A stretch of DNA of 62,493 nucleotides, counting the filler, from Choristocarpus tenellus KU-1152 (taxonomy: Eukaryota > Protista > Phaeophyceae): assembly GCA_964200185.2 (NCBI GenBank). It is 12 parts of 12 records of this genome, joined end to end, with 100 filler letters (N's around TTAATTAATTAA, not from the genome) between each part and the next. Parts side by side here need not be neighbours in the genome. Positions count along the whole stretch, not along the records: positions 1 to 6,511 come from CAXNAD020007977.1; positions 6,612 to 11,586 come from CAXNAD020012307.1; positions 11,687 to 15,584 come from CAXNAD020017274.1; 9 more parts are not named here. The stretch is one strand, 5' to 3'. Of this stretch, positions 1 through 11,782 are shown piece after piece (the stretch's first letter is position 1; each line of letters opens with the position of its first letter). A program made the translations under genes and the position numbers. The notes under the pieces were generated by a model that saw only the letters and a list, made by a program, of their open reading frames with translations, did no database searches and was not told the origin of the DNA.

Positions 1-23
1 CCCCCTCCCAGATACTTTGGGTC
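1..23 (+). mobile_element. MITE family A right-end fragment at window start
   Basis: ccccctcccagatactttgggtc matches the right TIR of full copies. Other end fragments lie at 6612-6636, 11557-11586, 11687-11716, 21274-21335, 26475-26516, 42087-42176, 46207-46244, 52655-52690, 54504-54545. Confidence 0.85.
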
Positions 24-2053
24 TCAACTACCATCCCTGATTTCGTGAAGAGGATGAGCTGTATCTCCACAGACGGCAATCACCTTACCCTGCAAGCACT
101 CGCAAGCATTTTTAATGTAAGGGACTAGGATGGAGGATGTCAGAAAGTGGGGTAGAGGCTGATACACCAGAGGGCAGAATAGGTGGTTTGTATACATGCA
201 ACACCTCACTACATAGTGATCCAAACACACATAGTACACAAATTCCGAACCAAATGCGACTGAGTGGATAACAGTTGAGTAAGAATATGCATTCCAAGCA
301 CAGTTATGGATATCAAACCATAGCGTATTGTACTGCTTGCAGAGTACTCCACCTTGTCGTTGCACATGGAAATTTGGAATTCAGAATTCACTTCTACTAT
401 TTCACGACCTTTCTCGTTTTCTCCTCCTACCTCTTCAGCAGTTTTTATCTCCTCGACCGGCTATTTCCTTTTGTGCAGTCTGCTGACGACCCTAAGCATT
501 TGTTTTACTCTTTGTGGTCGTTTTTCCACTTTTCCCTCCACAGTCACCCCTTTGATAAGAAACAATTATAAGTTATGGTCACGTTTTGACACCGTTTTCT
601 TCTATCTGTTTTGTTCGATCGCCGACTTTGACTCGACTGTTTTCCGAGGCAAATTTAGGCTTGTACTACATGCTTCCAAAGCGTTTTGGCATTATGCGAG
701 CCTGTTTCTGTATATATCACTTCCTTGATTTTTTGGGCTTCCACCCTACATGTCTCCCTACCCATTTGTGACCCATCCACGTCGATTAATCTATATAATT
801 CCTGACCTTGACGCATTATTCAAACGACAAAAGCCTTCACTATTCCAACATAGTCCAATGTTTGCACCCAATAATTTGCTCAGTGGTCTGAGATGTCATG
901 CTGCTGAAGTATGTATTATACGTGATCATGTTTTGCCCATTATATATGCCTCTTCTTGTACCATGTAAGTCTATATCAAGGTTGTATAGTACTGATCAAT
1001 CTGGGTTAATATATGTTGGCCTTTCCTGAGAGACCAATAACAGTTGTGATGTGGTGTGCCCTAAACGTAGGAGTAGAACTAACCATACTCTTCTTCAAGG
1101 CAGGAATCAGGGAGGTATCACATTTTGGTGCCTTTGCACTGTGGTGCACTATATGTCAGCACTTTAAGTTGTATAGTAATGTGGAAGAAATGATACATCA
1201 CTATCTGACTCACAGAAAAAGATAAGAATGAGAAATAGGGTTTTCCCATATCACGCTATTGACATAGTATGTACCTCTCAATCACATCTACTTGTAACAG
1301 TACCTGCTCGGAGTAGAAGGTAGTGTGTGTTCATATTTTTCCCCTGGTCTGAACTATACCAGGCACAGGGCTGAATCAACCATGACTAAATGCAGCTCCT
1401 TAAACGCCCCCTTTCTCCTTATGTCAATTGCATGAAAGACCACAATTGGGGTGGTCTCCACCAGGGAGAAGCGTGAAACAACGGTAAGGATGATCAATCC
1501 TAACCCATGCACAAACCGGATGGTTGAAGCTGATGAGGACAAGTTACCTGATTTGAGAGGCAGGGTCTTTTGGCTTCGGAACAATAGGTCTCACTATTGG
1601 AGTCTGGGCCTTTCATCTGCTGCTACACAGGAAGAGGTGCAAGTGAAATAGGTTTAGGGACAAAACACATAACTGGTTGCTTGGGGCAAACTCATTGAAG
1701 TGTGCACAGCATAGCACATGTGTGGTAATGTTCTACATCGCCACACTCACTCAAGATGCATGTTATAACATGGAGATTTTACTCTATCCTCTTCTTGTTT
1801 CCTCAGCAATTCCATATGCTATATGCTGTGGTGTACCTAAACCCTTGGTCTTTGCAAGAAAAGTACAATTTGTTGCCATTATTGTTGAGTTGTCCTGTTA
1901 TCATAATGGCTCATGGCACTTTGAAGCACACCATGTACTACTCTTGAGTACTTCCTAGTAGGTTTGTCAAGCAGCATGCTGCAGATTCTACCATAAAGGC
2001 ACGGGTGATTCCGCTCAACTGGGCTCTCCTTCCATGTTGCTCTTCATTTGGTA

Positions 2054-2311
2054 GAGTCAAAGTAAACGAGAGGTATCCAGTTCTTGTTCATTTTCAATAT
2101 ATAACCAGTTTATCGCGCGTTTTTTGCGATTTACCAGTATACTATGAATGAAGTTGAATATTTGATTTGAGAAGGTTGACTTCTCTATTGTTTTGGGACT
2201 CTTCTACATAATGTGGAAAGCACCCTACAGGCATTTGTAAAGTATGCTAAATTTCGTACATATTTGAACGGATCCTTAAAATGAACTATCGATACCTCTC
2301 ACTACTGACTC
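2054..2311. mobile_element. MITE family D (GAG...CTC termini), degenerate
   Basis: Left gagtcaaagtaaacgagaggtatc; right end reverse complement gagtcagtagtgagaggtatc. A better-preserved TIR (rc gagtcaaagtaagcgagaggtgcc) lies at 50831-50854. No TSD recognisable. Confidence 0.6.
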
Positions 2312-5300
2312 GCTGGGTGGCAGTGACTGGGCCTATTTCTCGTGATTCACCTTAATTTTATCGCCTATTGCTCTCAATTGGCGATTTTATTTATGCGGAT
2401 ACCGTCTTGTTCAACATGCACATACTTCAAAGTATTGGTCATCGGATAATCTTTCAATAAGGGTCTGTGAAGGTTCCGTCTTCCGATTTTCTGTTTGTTG
2501 TTTTGTAGGGTGCATCAAACTCGGTCACTGTTTGAAAATGTTGGAATCTTTTCTTCAGCAAAATATCAATAAATTCATTGTCCAAAATACGTGAAAAATC
2601 GTTCTTGGCTACTCCTAAATGTATTGTGTGTATAAGGTCAGTCTTGAGGTTGTGGTATAGTGGAACTTGAATAATGGAGTATCACAGGTATTTTGAACAT
2701 GCACACTCTCTACAGCCACATACTCTCTCCACCCTATCCGCACCCCCCTCCTTCTCTATATACCTCTGAATCTCCATTGGTGGCAGCTTACTGAGGCAGA
2801 GAAAACCTTACTCAGAAGATCTCAGTACCCACCTCGTGATGTCCTTCCCACTATCGATGATGAGAGCATGGGGGGAACACATGAAGGGAATGTCGAATCA
2901 GGGATAACCACTGGTGCACTTAAAGGTGCAGGCAATGGAGGAGATTTTGGGGCGACTGGAGCAGTGAAGATGAGCAAAAACGTTGAACAGGAAGAGGTGG
3001 TGCCATCACGCACCTCCACCAAGCCAATGGAACCATGCAAGGCTAGGGTCAGGGCGAAGGAGAGGGTTAAAAAGGAGATCCTCGACAATGCAGTAGCGAG
3101 GCGGGAAGCCCGAGTATGCCAGTTTAAGGACAGGCAGAGGAGGGTGAGGGGTGTGATCTAGGGCACAATCCTGGAGAAGACCAGCAGGGTGAATCCAGTT
3201 GTCCTTCCCGAGGGAGCATGTGCCTGGAAAGGCGCAGGGGCAGAGGGGGGGATAGTCACAGATAACAGAGCCAAGGCGGCCAACCCCTTCCAGGATGAAG
3301 GTCTAGCTTCGACGACAACAGGCTTGAATGGGACAGAAAGGCCAATGACCAATGGTGGTGGAGTAGGAGACAGTGAAGGTGAGATCTGATTCAAAGGGGG
3401 CAGACTCAGTAGCTGTAGTGACTAGGGCAGGGGTGGTGTGGAGAGGTTGGCATGGAGATATGTGGAGGTGTGTGGATGAGGGCCTTCTGATTGTCGCATG
3501 TCAACGAACAACACCAAGATACGAGATGGCCGTTTGATATGGCTACATTGGCAACCTTCTCATGAGCTATACGTCCGAACTCCTTTGAGAGGAATATTCC
3601 TTTTACATTATTGATGATATTTATGGTACATTTTCCGATCTAAGCATCTCTTCGCACTGACTGGCCCTCCTCCACTCTGTATCATACTCTTACCCTATTA
3701 CCACCACCCACGGTAATGGCCATTTACAGATCATCTTGGAGCGATTGGTTTGAGAATGGATGGAGATGAAGATGAAGATGAGGTAGCGGTTGAAACATGG
3801 TCATGGACTAAGACATTGCAACCAAGAACTAACCGAGCCGAGGGGAAAGGTCCAATACAGCAAACTATCCATGGGGCAGTGTCAGCTGGCTTAGGAAGGT
3901 GGCAGGTGCGATTGACTCAATGAACAAGAAGGTGGACGTTTATCGCAGGGTCTCTCTCTGGAGAAACTCCAGTTGCCAAGACTGCGCCCACACCAGTTGA
4001 ACATAAAGACAATATATCGCTACTCGTGAATTTGGTCATAATATATTGAGATATTACCAATGCATTCATTCATGAAATTTTATATTGTGACATAGAGTTG
4101 GGTTGAACAAAATTCACGAGAGTGTATAATTTTTTCTCAAAGGTTGTCTTCCCGAATTTCTTGGAACTTATTAATCTTCTATCAAAAGATTTGGGAAATA
4201 CAGTGTGTATGGTTCTGGGTACCAAAAAAGTAGGATGTAAGGGGTATTTCGAGCTTTGAATGGGAGGAAAAACAAGCAAAATGTTACAAGAAACCTCATG
4301 AACCATGATGAAGTCACTTTGATGAACTATGTTCTATCATTCAACGGCTTTGTATAGACGTGGGAAGCCGCTGTGCCCATCGAACCATCAGTTGAGTCCA
4401 TACACTGACAATCCCATCCCCACCCGAACCCAAACACATACTTCAACACTTATCTCTTCTGGGATCACCTGAAGGTCGTAGAAGGAATGGTGGACTCGTC
4501 TCAGAAATCTAAGGCGATGTCCTCATCACCACAGGCCCCAACCCTGTACAATCAATCGTTTAAGATACTGGATGGCGGTGTCTATTGCTGCGGATGGGAA
4601 CAACAAGAGTGGTCGCCAAGCTGTGCTGCTACTGTCCATGGTAATTACTGCAGTGACGGAAGTGATGGAAGTAGAGGTAGTAGGCTTGGAGATATTTGTG
4701 TTGATAGTAGGCAATGGAGTTGTAGTGATGAAAGTCAAAATTGGAGTGGCATTCACAACTACTAGTAGTTCTAGAGGATTGAGCCATAGGGTCCACTGCC
4801 GGAAAGGGGGGGCAAGGAGAACCAAAGGACGAGGCATGACTTACATATGAAGTATAACGGATAATACTTTGATTGGTCACTTGTCACGGGGCACGGAAGG
4901 TTTTATGGAAAGGGGTAAACGGGAAGATGTGGGGGAAATATGATGATAGCTTGATAGTATGCCATTCAGTGGGAAGAAGGCATAGTGTATTGTTTTGGTG
5001 GGGGACAAAGTCGAATCGACTTGCTGCAACAAAAGGTTCTCGCCATGTGCAAAGAGGAAAGGTTGTGGTTTTGTGTGTTAAATATGCTGTAGGTTTATTT
5101 ATCGAATGAAAGATGGTATTTGGAATGATTTTCTGTAGGTGATGCACGATAGGTCTATGAAGCAACGGGCCTGCAAGGTACCTTGTTGTTCCCTATGCAT
5201 GTGGCGATATGCTAGATAGATGTGAAGTGGGAAAACAGGTTTGTAGTCACACTTTTGTTTTGGTCCAATTAGGCAGCGGTTGGAACTTATTGGAGGCTCA

Positions 5301-6511
5301 GGGGTTGTAATCTGAGACCCTGGGTCACCATGGGTAATATGTGGAGTTGAGCAGGTACAACGATACCTGTAACTTGGGATGGAAGTGGGACACATAGAGA
5401 TGACGGTGTTTTCCCTACACTATACGAGTCAACAGAAATGGGGTAGTCACAGAGTCCATACAGCTTCCACTGGATTTTGAAGGTGGAAATGTAGGGATAG
5501 AGCAGACCAAGAGGGTTGCACCCCGCAGCTATATGTATATATATTGCGCTGAGTTGTTCTGACCCTCTAGGGAAAATACATGAAGGTTGGACTACTTGTA
5601 CGGTGCTTATCGCTAAGAGATACAGTGCGTATGAGAATGCTGACGATTGATTTAGATTTTTTCTGCCTGCACTCTGCTCCTCAATGTTTCTCTTTGCCAG
5701 ACTGGGGGTAGGATTCTTCTCCAAGAAGCGCATGTTAACGTTGCTTGGTATGAAGCAAATGGATAGAACCTCATCACCCTAGGATGGCGATATTATGCTT
5801 CGAAATATGTTTAACTTCGTAATTGTTTCATTTATACCTCTGTATTCTTCCATCGCATCCCTGTCGATCTGGGAGTGGTGTTGTTGTACTGATCATAGGA
5901 TGCTGTGAGTAGTGATGTCTTTTTATTTGAGTGTTTGTTGTTTGGTGGTGATATTCCATGCACCGTCTACATGAGCTGGTGTGAAAAGGGACTCTTGACA
6001 TATAAAGTTGCTATCATACTAATATATAGAAACCTGAAGCTCAACAACACTGGTGTGCTGTAGTCCTACTCAAAGGGTGAACAACAATTCTTGTCTACAC
6101 CTCCTCCTCACTCCATCATGAACTGGAGTTCCAAGTATGTATACGAATTCCTGTGTACTGGTGCGTGTGTTTGTGTTTTTTAATGATTCATGGAGGGCAA
6201 ATTTTCTTGGATATTATCGTAAGTCGCAGTTGACCTGTACGGTAGAAAGTGTCCAAAAAAATACCACGGGTTGGGCTGACGTGCTGAATAGTAAAATGAG
6301 ACAACCACAATTTATTGCATTTGTAGTAGCTATCAGGGTTGATGGTGATTCACTCCTTCATCGAACAGAGACTTGCCAGTAACCATTTGATTTGTTGTCT
6401 ACAAAGTATTGTTCTTGTGATGGAATCTGTGATGGTGATGGTGAAGTTGTGTGTGTTAAAGTATCCCCAAAATCATCAAAGAGGATAAAGGTGATAAACC
6501 TGGCGAGATTG

Positions 6512-6611
6512 NNNNNNNNNNNNNNNNNNNNNNNNNNNNNNNNNNNNNNNNNNNNTTAATTAATTAANNNNNNNNNNNNNNNNNNNNNNNNNNNNNNNNN
6601 NNNNNNNNNNN
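6512..6611. other. Artificial contig linker N44-TTAATTAATTAA-N44 (first of 11)
   Basis: Identical 100-bp blocks at 6512-6611, 11587-11686, 15585-15684, 21174-21273, 26517-26616, 36124-36223, 41987-42086, 46055-46154, 49913-50012, 54546-54645, 59616-59715. The 12-mer gives stops in all six frames. Confidence 0.98.
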
Positions 6612-6699
6612 CCCCCCCTCCCAGATACTTTGGGTCATACTTGACGATTTGTGCATCAGGAGTCCTTATGTGCATCTGCGTCATCTATACGGCTGTAGA

Positions 6700-9677
6700 A
6701 TGGAGCTATACATCCTGTGGAGGTAAGCTTCTGGAGCGTGCTGTAACATGAAGTTCCTACTGGAACTTCCACGCTGTAACAGATTATCTTGACAACACCA
6801 TCCCATCTGAGTCTAAATATACATGGGTCAATCAGACACTGCTCAAAGCCATTACGCTGAAGTGTGGAAACAACTTAGTAATTGCAAGCCCTAGAGGCTC
6901 GCTTTAAACCATACAGGGACCTGTGAAGGCGTACTGGCGTATAAGAGAGATCTCCACATCCCTGTCAGAGGCGCATGTACACTTCCTCATCCAAGTCAGA
7001 TTGAAAAAAGGTTTGCTCTACATCTAGGTGCCACATCCTCAGGTCCAACTCACAAGCCATATTGGTCATTAGCCGAACCGATGAGGCGGAAGATGAAGGG
7101 CAGAGGTCTCGAAATAATCAAGACCGTACTCCTGACCAAAACCCTGAGCAAATAGCCTAGCCTTAGTCCCACCGAACATCCCAAAGCAGTCACCAATCCA
7201 TTTAAACACCCACTTGAGACCAATAGCCTTGTGCCCTGAGGGTACATCAGGAACACTGAAGGTACCTGTGTCCAATAAACCATCCAACTCCTTGGACGTA
7301 GCCTCTTCCCATACTGGCCAGTATTCAGACTTTCGAGCCTCAGCATAAGACTGTGGGGATGATCCCAACTCAGAAATAAGACGACCATGAAGAGGGGTAC
7401 ACATCAGCACAGACTCGGGCATGGACTGTTTACAGCCAGGGCATAAGCAACATATTTCCTCTCTACACTAGCAATAAGAGACACCACATTACCAACACCT
7501 GCACTCTCTTCAACTCTGGCACGCGTTTCCTGTCTAGTCCTACCCAACTCAACACAAGGTTCACGGACTGGATTGGGAAGAAATTCTTCCAGCTGGCAAG
7601 CTGCAGTACGGGCAGTCGTTGGGTCAGCACCTGCCTGAGGCAAGTGCTGTGAACTCAAGGATGAGACATATCCTACACTCCCTTCACCATGTTGGGTAGT
7701 GTCTCTGGACAGACTCATGTCAACCTGACCTCCGTCCCCATCACCAGGGGAAGGGTCAACAGCCAGATCGTTGACAATCTGACCTACGCTCCCTTCACCA
7801 AGGGGATGGCCTCTCACTTAATACAAACTTGTCCTCACTTCCGTCGCTATAGGAAGAGTCGTCAGATAGGGAAGAGGTGGAGGAGCGAGATGAGCAAATG
7901 GAATGTACATCTAATGGTGGGCCACCTGTTTCAGTATGGGAAAACTTGTCCTCAGAACGAGGGTCTGCATCAAGCCCCCCCTCCCCCCTTTCGCAAAGCA
8001 GGGGCAGCCTCTCCTACTGGGGCAAGACTGGGGTCATTAGTGGACAGCCAGGTCAGATTACGCGTAGTAAAAATGGCACCCGTCGGAGTAAGAACACGGT
8101 ACGCATCACAGGGATGATTGATCCCCGGCCCCAGGTAATAACTGTTAAAACATAAGTTACTCATTTGTTTTTTCGTTGATACGATACAGTTCCACCAACC
8201 AATACTGACTGTTGATTGGTGGTTCGTCACGCACTGGTCGTTAGAGTCACTAGTTCATCATCACCGCATCAATTACCGTCAGCCAGAACACCGCAGTACA
8301 GAACAGTCACTCTGCATTCTACGTCCAGGAATAGTATGCGTCACTTGAATTGCATCACATATTGGTTCAAGCTTGTTCGTTTGTTCTATTGTTTGCCCTT
8401 TTTGTTTTCTCTCTCTTTCTTCTTCTCTTAGCAACAGAAGACGACAGTTGTACGCTAATTGTTTATTTTGTTTCTTTCTTGGTTATCATTGACCCCTCAC
8501 AATGCACTAAGCTCACTCTGCAATAAGTGTACCTGGTGCACACCTGGATGTTACATATTCAGAGTTAAACCATCCACGGAAACCGTTGTCCGCCAAGGTA
8601 ACAAGCCTCTCCACAGAGCATGGACTTCTCTCGTTGAGTATCTCATGAAAGAAAACTGAATTCACATCACATGATTCTTGACTAAGCGATCAATGACCTC
8701 AGTTACAACAGAACAAGTACATCGGTGCTTTGCAGCACAATTACATCTCTTCACAACGCAGACTACGCATTTACTCATTGGTGTTTTGCAGCACTATGGC
8801 TCCTCATCCCACGTAGACTACGCATTTTGTTCAGGAGTACAATGCATTCAATTCAGGTTTTAACAAAAATCCCATTGAGCCTCTCGAAGGGTCTTGCGGG
8901 TCTTACTGAGATGGCAACAACCAGGTTAAAGAAATTGGTAAGGTCAACAGGGGTGCAGGGGTGCCATACCACATTTCATACGGTGATTTACAACCAGGAT
9001 TGGCCTTGGTCGATGTGTGATTGAGCGAGTCATAGACATAGTGTTGAGCTTCAGCCCATAGTCTATCTTAGGGATAATGACATGGGGGAAGAGTAGTGGA
9101 GCTTGAAGGCGGGCAGCTAACGAAGCTTCATCGATGATACCCAGCATGCGTTCAGCAACCCAATTAAATTGAGGGTTGTCTGCAGGCGTGAACTCCCGTT
9201 AAATCCCACATTCACAGCAAAGAGCACCGAAAGCACCCTCATAAAATTCCCCCCCATTATCAGACCGCACGCACAAGATCCGAGAGGGAGTACTGTCAGC
9301 CCGGATATTGGTCTGGTACTTCTTGAAAGCTTCAGCAGCATCCGACTTAAGACAAAGGAAACACAACCAAATAAAACGAGAATAGTTGTCCTGAATGATC
9401 ATGATGTAGTGCTTATTGCTGAGTGAAATGGTAAGCCCTCCTGCCACTTAGATCGACAAAAACTGCCCCAGGTTTCTCACCGCACATGAAGACATGCTGG
9501 ACGGGGTTCCCTTCCGTATGCTTTTACTCATGGAGCAGCCAGCACATGCCTCCAACTCCCCCACCAATGCAGTGCCCATTGAAGAAGCAGTGGAGTTGAG
9601 CAAAGCCTTGTTAGCATGGCCACACGCGCGATGGAAATGATTAATGTCTACCTCAGTGTGGGGGGCAGAGTTGTTTG
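6700..9677 (-). mobile_element. Degenerate Ty1/copia pol (GAG-pre-integrase, integrase, SH3-like, RT)
   Basis: DINHFHRACGHANKALL..CAGCSMSK; IQDNYSRFIWLCFL; VRSDNGGEF; LWAEA..KSPYEMWYG; YYLGPGINHPCDAYRVL; PQSYAEARKS..W; KWVFKW..KARLFAQGFGQEYGLDYFET; HLDVEQ; SLYGLKRA. Many stops and frameshifts. Confidence 0.93.
8143..8865. mobile_element. Solo-LTR-like insertion (723 bp) inside the copia
   Basis: Termini TGTTAAAAC...GTTTTAACA (9-bp perfect inverted repeat, TG..CA). It interrupts the copia between ..REAQW and YYLGP. Flanks ataac/aaaat are a possible decayed 5-bp TSD. Confidence 0.75.
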
Positions 9678-9853
9678 TGTGCAATTTATTTTGGGAGGTA
9701 TTGCTATTTATCAGTAGTGAAGACAAGAAGGTGTGGAGCCTAACACGACCCCCTTTGCTGAACGTGAAAAAAATGGATGGATGGAATTAGAAGAGTGACC
9801 TTTGTGGGGTGTCTTCTATTGCTTGTTTCTTTATTATTATTTGTGTCAGAACA
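9678..9853 (-). mobile_element. Solo LTR (~176 bp), same family as LTR at 48499-48665
   Basis: Aligns end to end with 48499-48665 (tgtgcaattta...gctatttatcagtagtgaagacaagaaggtgtggagcc...ttattattatttgt...aca). Flanks gtttg/gttta. Confidence 0.8.
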
Positions 9854-11782
9854 GTTTAACTATTCTTAGGTCGCGCCATTTCAAATTGTTTATTTTTCTA
9901 TTATATATATAAAGCTGTTGCTATCTATCAATATTGTTAGCCGTATGATGTATACCCTCTTCATTACATTGCGATAATGTATGTATTTTGAAGCTGATCT
10001 TAACTAGAGGTTATTGAAATGGAAGATTGTTGTTGATGGACACACTCTGCATCTTCTAGTTAGGTTGGTGGGGTTTGGGAATATGAGGGAGGGTTTTGTC
10101 TTAGACTATTTGGATATGCCATCCCTTGTGCTTGAATCAAGTACATTGCATCACCACTCACTGCCTGTGATACAAACCAGCAACACCTCAAGAAATGCAT
10201 TATCCCATAATTGTACTAGTATGTTTAAATACCTTCACATTCTTCAAGACAATATCTTCAAGAGACATTGGATGAGCTTGCACCATCGTGTCATCGCTCA
10301 CCTGGTCACTCATTGCTCGTGATACAGGGTTGTAACCCCTCACGTTGCGCAATCCTATCTTTTATGCTGAATGGAAATAGAAGCGAGGTGGACAAGGGAA
10401 AGACGGATGGAAATATCGTCAAGACCGTCTTGACAAGTTTGTGATTGGAATTGAGGATTGGAGCATGAGAGTTGCTAAACAACAGCATGGGTATGAATGT
10501 GTGGGTGATGAGTGGCATCCCAAGGAGGCTGTGATATAGCTATTGTGCGTCACACCAAAGTAGCAGCTAAGGTCGAACAATCCACCAACACCACCACCGT
10601 CACTGTCAGCTGAATGCTGTTCTCTTTGTGAGCTTAATTCCCATACATCATTTGTTGTAGTTCCTTCTTCTTTTTCCCTTGCATAGTTTTGCCTTTCTCA
10701 TCGATTGACAGTGGGGCATAATCAAACCTGAAAAATCCGCCACCAAGTTAATATGGGGAAGTTTCGAAAATCCTGTGTTTTGTACATATTGATAGGATTT
10801 ATGGTGTCACGATTGTAGCGATTGGTTGAGGGGTCATACAATACGTGGAGTAGGTAGGGCATTGGCAAATCACATGCTAACAAGAGATAGCTAACTTGAG
10901 GTTAGATACACACACACGCACACGCACGCACACACATGCACGCACATCAGGTCATGATACAGGACTGGTGGGGAGACAATTCTTTGATCAACTTCCCCAC
11001 CCACCCACTCACCCAACCATCCACCCTGTTGGTAGAGTGGGGAGGGAAGGATCCTTTTTTGTTTCTTGTTTTGTTTCTTGTTCTGAACTGTCCTTTTTTT
11101 ATCGTTGGGGTTTTTCTTTCCTCCTTTTGTGTGGAGTGTTGTTGGTGTGGGACAAGGGTATGGGTCTGGGGAGTTCCTTCCCACGAAAAACAACCTAGTG
11201 GGGAGGACCTACCTGAAGGTAACGGGGGGACAGTCTTCTGGTTTGAGATGAGTGGGTATTTGCGACGCTTTTTTCTTTTTCTGGACTTGATAACAACAAA
11301 AACATCTAGAATTCTTGAGCAAAAACAAAACACCTCGTGTCTGAATGTTTGGATAGTTTGTGATGTCTACTTGTGGTAATGACATGGCAGATGAGATAGA
11401 TGTGCATCTTTGAACTTTGAATTTTGACCAGTAGTATGTATAACAAATATACACAATGTGAACGTGAATGATCGGGGTCGCTTATCACGTGTTGTTTGGT
11501 CAGTAAATTTACCCATAGTCGTGAGATATTGTGACAGGCGATTAGTGTATGTATCAGGGTCAAAGTATCTTGGGGGGGGGGGGTGGNNNNNNNNNNNNNN
11601 NNNNNNNNNNNNNNNNNNNNNNNNNNNNNNTTAATTAATTAANNNNNNNNNNNNNNNNNNNNNNNNNNNNNNNNNNNNNNNNNNNNCTGGTGTAGACCCC
11701 CCCCCCCCAAGATACTAGTATGACATAAACAATATCGACCACTGCACTGCATCCCTTTCCCAACTTATCTCCATTTTCCCAG

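Noticed and set aside
1028-1636. Possible exons in contig 1 (1028-1099, 1439-1636, 5660-5870) and at 20490-20646
   Set aside because: Splice-like signals are present, but there is no recognisable protein family and no consistent phase chain.
2787-3389. Stop-codon reassignment or read-through suggested by in-frame ORFs separated by single stops (also near 10378 and 20809)
   Set aside because: The confidently identified genes have no internal stops and dynein ends normally at TGA. These low-complexity segments have no recognisable homology.
6556-6567. TTAATTAATTAA palindrome recurring 11 times
   Set aside because: Always centred in 44+44 Ns: a concatenation linker. ORFs running into it are artefacts.
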